From assembly GCA_031255215.1 (NCBI GenBank), contig JAIRSY010000040.1, positions 1 to 34,205 on the forward strand: DNA of 34,205 nt. Direction: 5' to 3'. Under the pieces are notes generated by a model, which saw only the letters and a list, made by a program, of their open reading frames with translations, made no database searches and was not told the origin of the DNA. Positions 33,845-34,205 of this stretch are shown in pieces. The DNA comes from Christensenellaceae bacterium. Lineage in GTDB: Bacteria > Bacillota > Clostridia > Christensenellales > UBA1242. The stretch's first letter is position 1, and the number at the start of each line of letters is the position of its first letter. Position numbers and translations under genes: made by a program.

Positions 33845-33910
33845 ATGATTTATGAAGCATGCCCTTGCGGTTGCCCGTGCGGCAAACCGGTAAAAAAGCC
33901 ATCGAAGTAA
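33845..33910 (+). CDS. Unannotated 21-codon Cys-rich small ORF (MIYEACPCGCPCGKPVKKPSK)
   Basis: AAGGAGGT SD at 33830-33837, 7 nt before the ATG. Extended -10 TGtTAATAT at 33813-33821 with TTTACA at 33792-33797. A stem-loop terminator starts 12 nt after the stop. Confidence 0.55.
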   Translation: MIYEACPCGCPCGKPVKKPSK

Positions 33911-33921
33911 TCAACCAAAAC

Positions 33922-33946
33922 AAAGCCCATCTTGCATGGGCTTTTT
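33922..33946. terminator. Bidirectional rho-independent terminator
   Basis: AAAGCCCAT-CTTGC-ATGGGCTTT is a 9-bp stem. It is flanked by an A-run on the left and a T-run on the right, so it reads as hairpin plus U-tract on both strands. Confidence 0.75.
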
Positions 33947-34205
33947 AGATGGAACCGCCCCACCGCCCGCACTCCGCCGTGTTGCAGCTCCGTAAAGGTA
34001 AACGCTTTTGGCTTTGTTCGCTTATGCCAAACCGCCTAAAACTATATATAGTGTTTGTTGCGAACATAACAAACACTATATGCGGTAAACGGACGGTTAA
34101 GGTAGATTTCTGGCTCCGCTTCTGGCTGCCGCCGACCCTCGCCGCTTCGCGGCTGCACTTCGTGCATAAGGATACGCTGTCGCTCAAATAGAATCCCCGC
34201 ACTCC
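33947..34205. other. G+C-rich non-coding segment (possible minus-strand structured RNA or repeat), truncated by the window end
   Basis: Only mutually overlapping low-complexity ORFs on both strands. Visibly more G+C-rich than the surrounding genes. CCCGCACTCC occurs at 33966-33975 and again at 34196-34205. Contains short hairpins (GCCGC-TTC-GCGGC, TGCAC-TTC-GTGCA) and the palindrome at 34046-34081. Confidence 0.4.
34046..34081. repeat. Copy 2 of the 36-nt palindrome family, inverted relative to copy 1
   Basis: ATATAGTGTTTGTT-GCGAACAT-AACAAACACTATAT has 14-bp arms. It matches the reverse complement of 15623-15658 except for 2 positions, including the asymmetric loop. Confidence 0.8.

Noticed and set aside
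33945-34202. 85-aa (-) and 80-aa (+) ORFs covering the G+C-rich block.
   Set aside because: They overlap each other completely on opposite strands and span the 36-nt palindrome. Their composition is low-complexity and Arg/Cys/Ser-rich, and they lack an SD. Open frames are expected by chance in G+C-rich DNA.

Overview
This is a 34.2-kb chromosomal segment from a low-GC, Firmicutes/Clostridia-like bacterium. That placement is inferred from synteny: tig-clpP-clpX, asp23-nusB-xseA-xseB-recN, rpmG-secE-nusG and spoVAD. It holds about 45 densely packed genes in the standard genetic code, mostly housekeeping. Several proteins are shorter than their usual orthologues (RecN 479 aa, XseA 346 aa, AckA 361 aa, Tig 371 aa), which suggests a streamlined genome. 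I recognised no rRNA, tRNA, CRISPR array, transposase or integrase. Main points of interest: (1) At 29.06-32.35 kb a cI/Cro-like divergent XRE pair with two ATAAG-N5-CTTAT operators lies next to a tightly coupled three-gene operon. The operon encodes an AsnB-like Ntn-amidotransferase/PP-loop enzyme, a zinc-ribbon-less ComF-type phosphoribosyltransferase and a small SLOG-like protein. It is bracketed by a MazG-like pyrophosphohydrolase and two metallophosphoesterases. This is my best candidate for an undescribed nucleotide-centred system. (2) At least 13 genes have a -10-like hexamer 5-7 nt upstream of the start codon and no Shine-Dalgarno, so they look like leaderless mRNAs. (3) A non-coding repeat family with a conserved AT-stem hairpin brackets an isolated spoVAD, including 3.3 tandem 108-bp units that begin inside the gene. 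(4) A 36-nt palindrome occurs twice in opposite orientation. (5) A 21-codon Cys-rich ORF missed by the ORF track has a strong RBS and a terminator. (6) A SurE-SurE tandem fusion has degenerate NDDG motifs. (7) A fused DUF1538x2/P-II-like transporter is followed by a free P-II-like protein. All functional calls come from motif recognition by eye; no database search was run.
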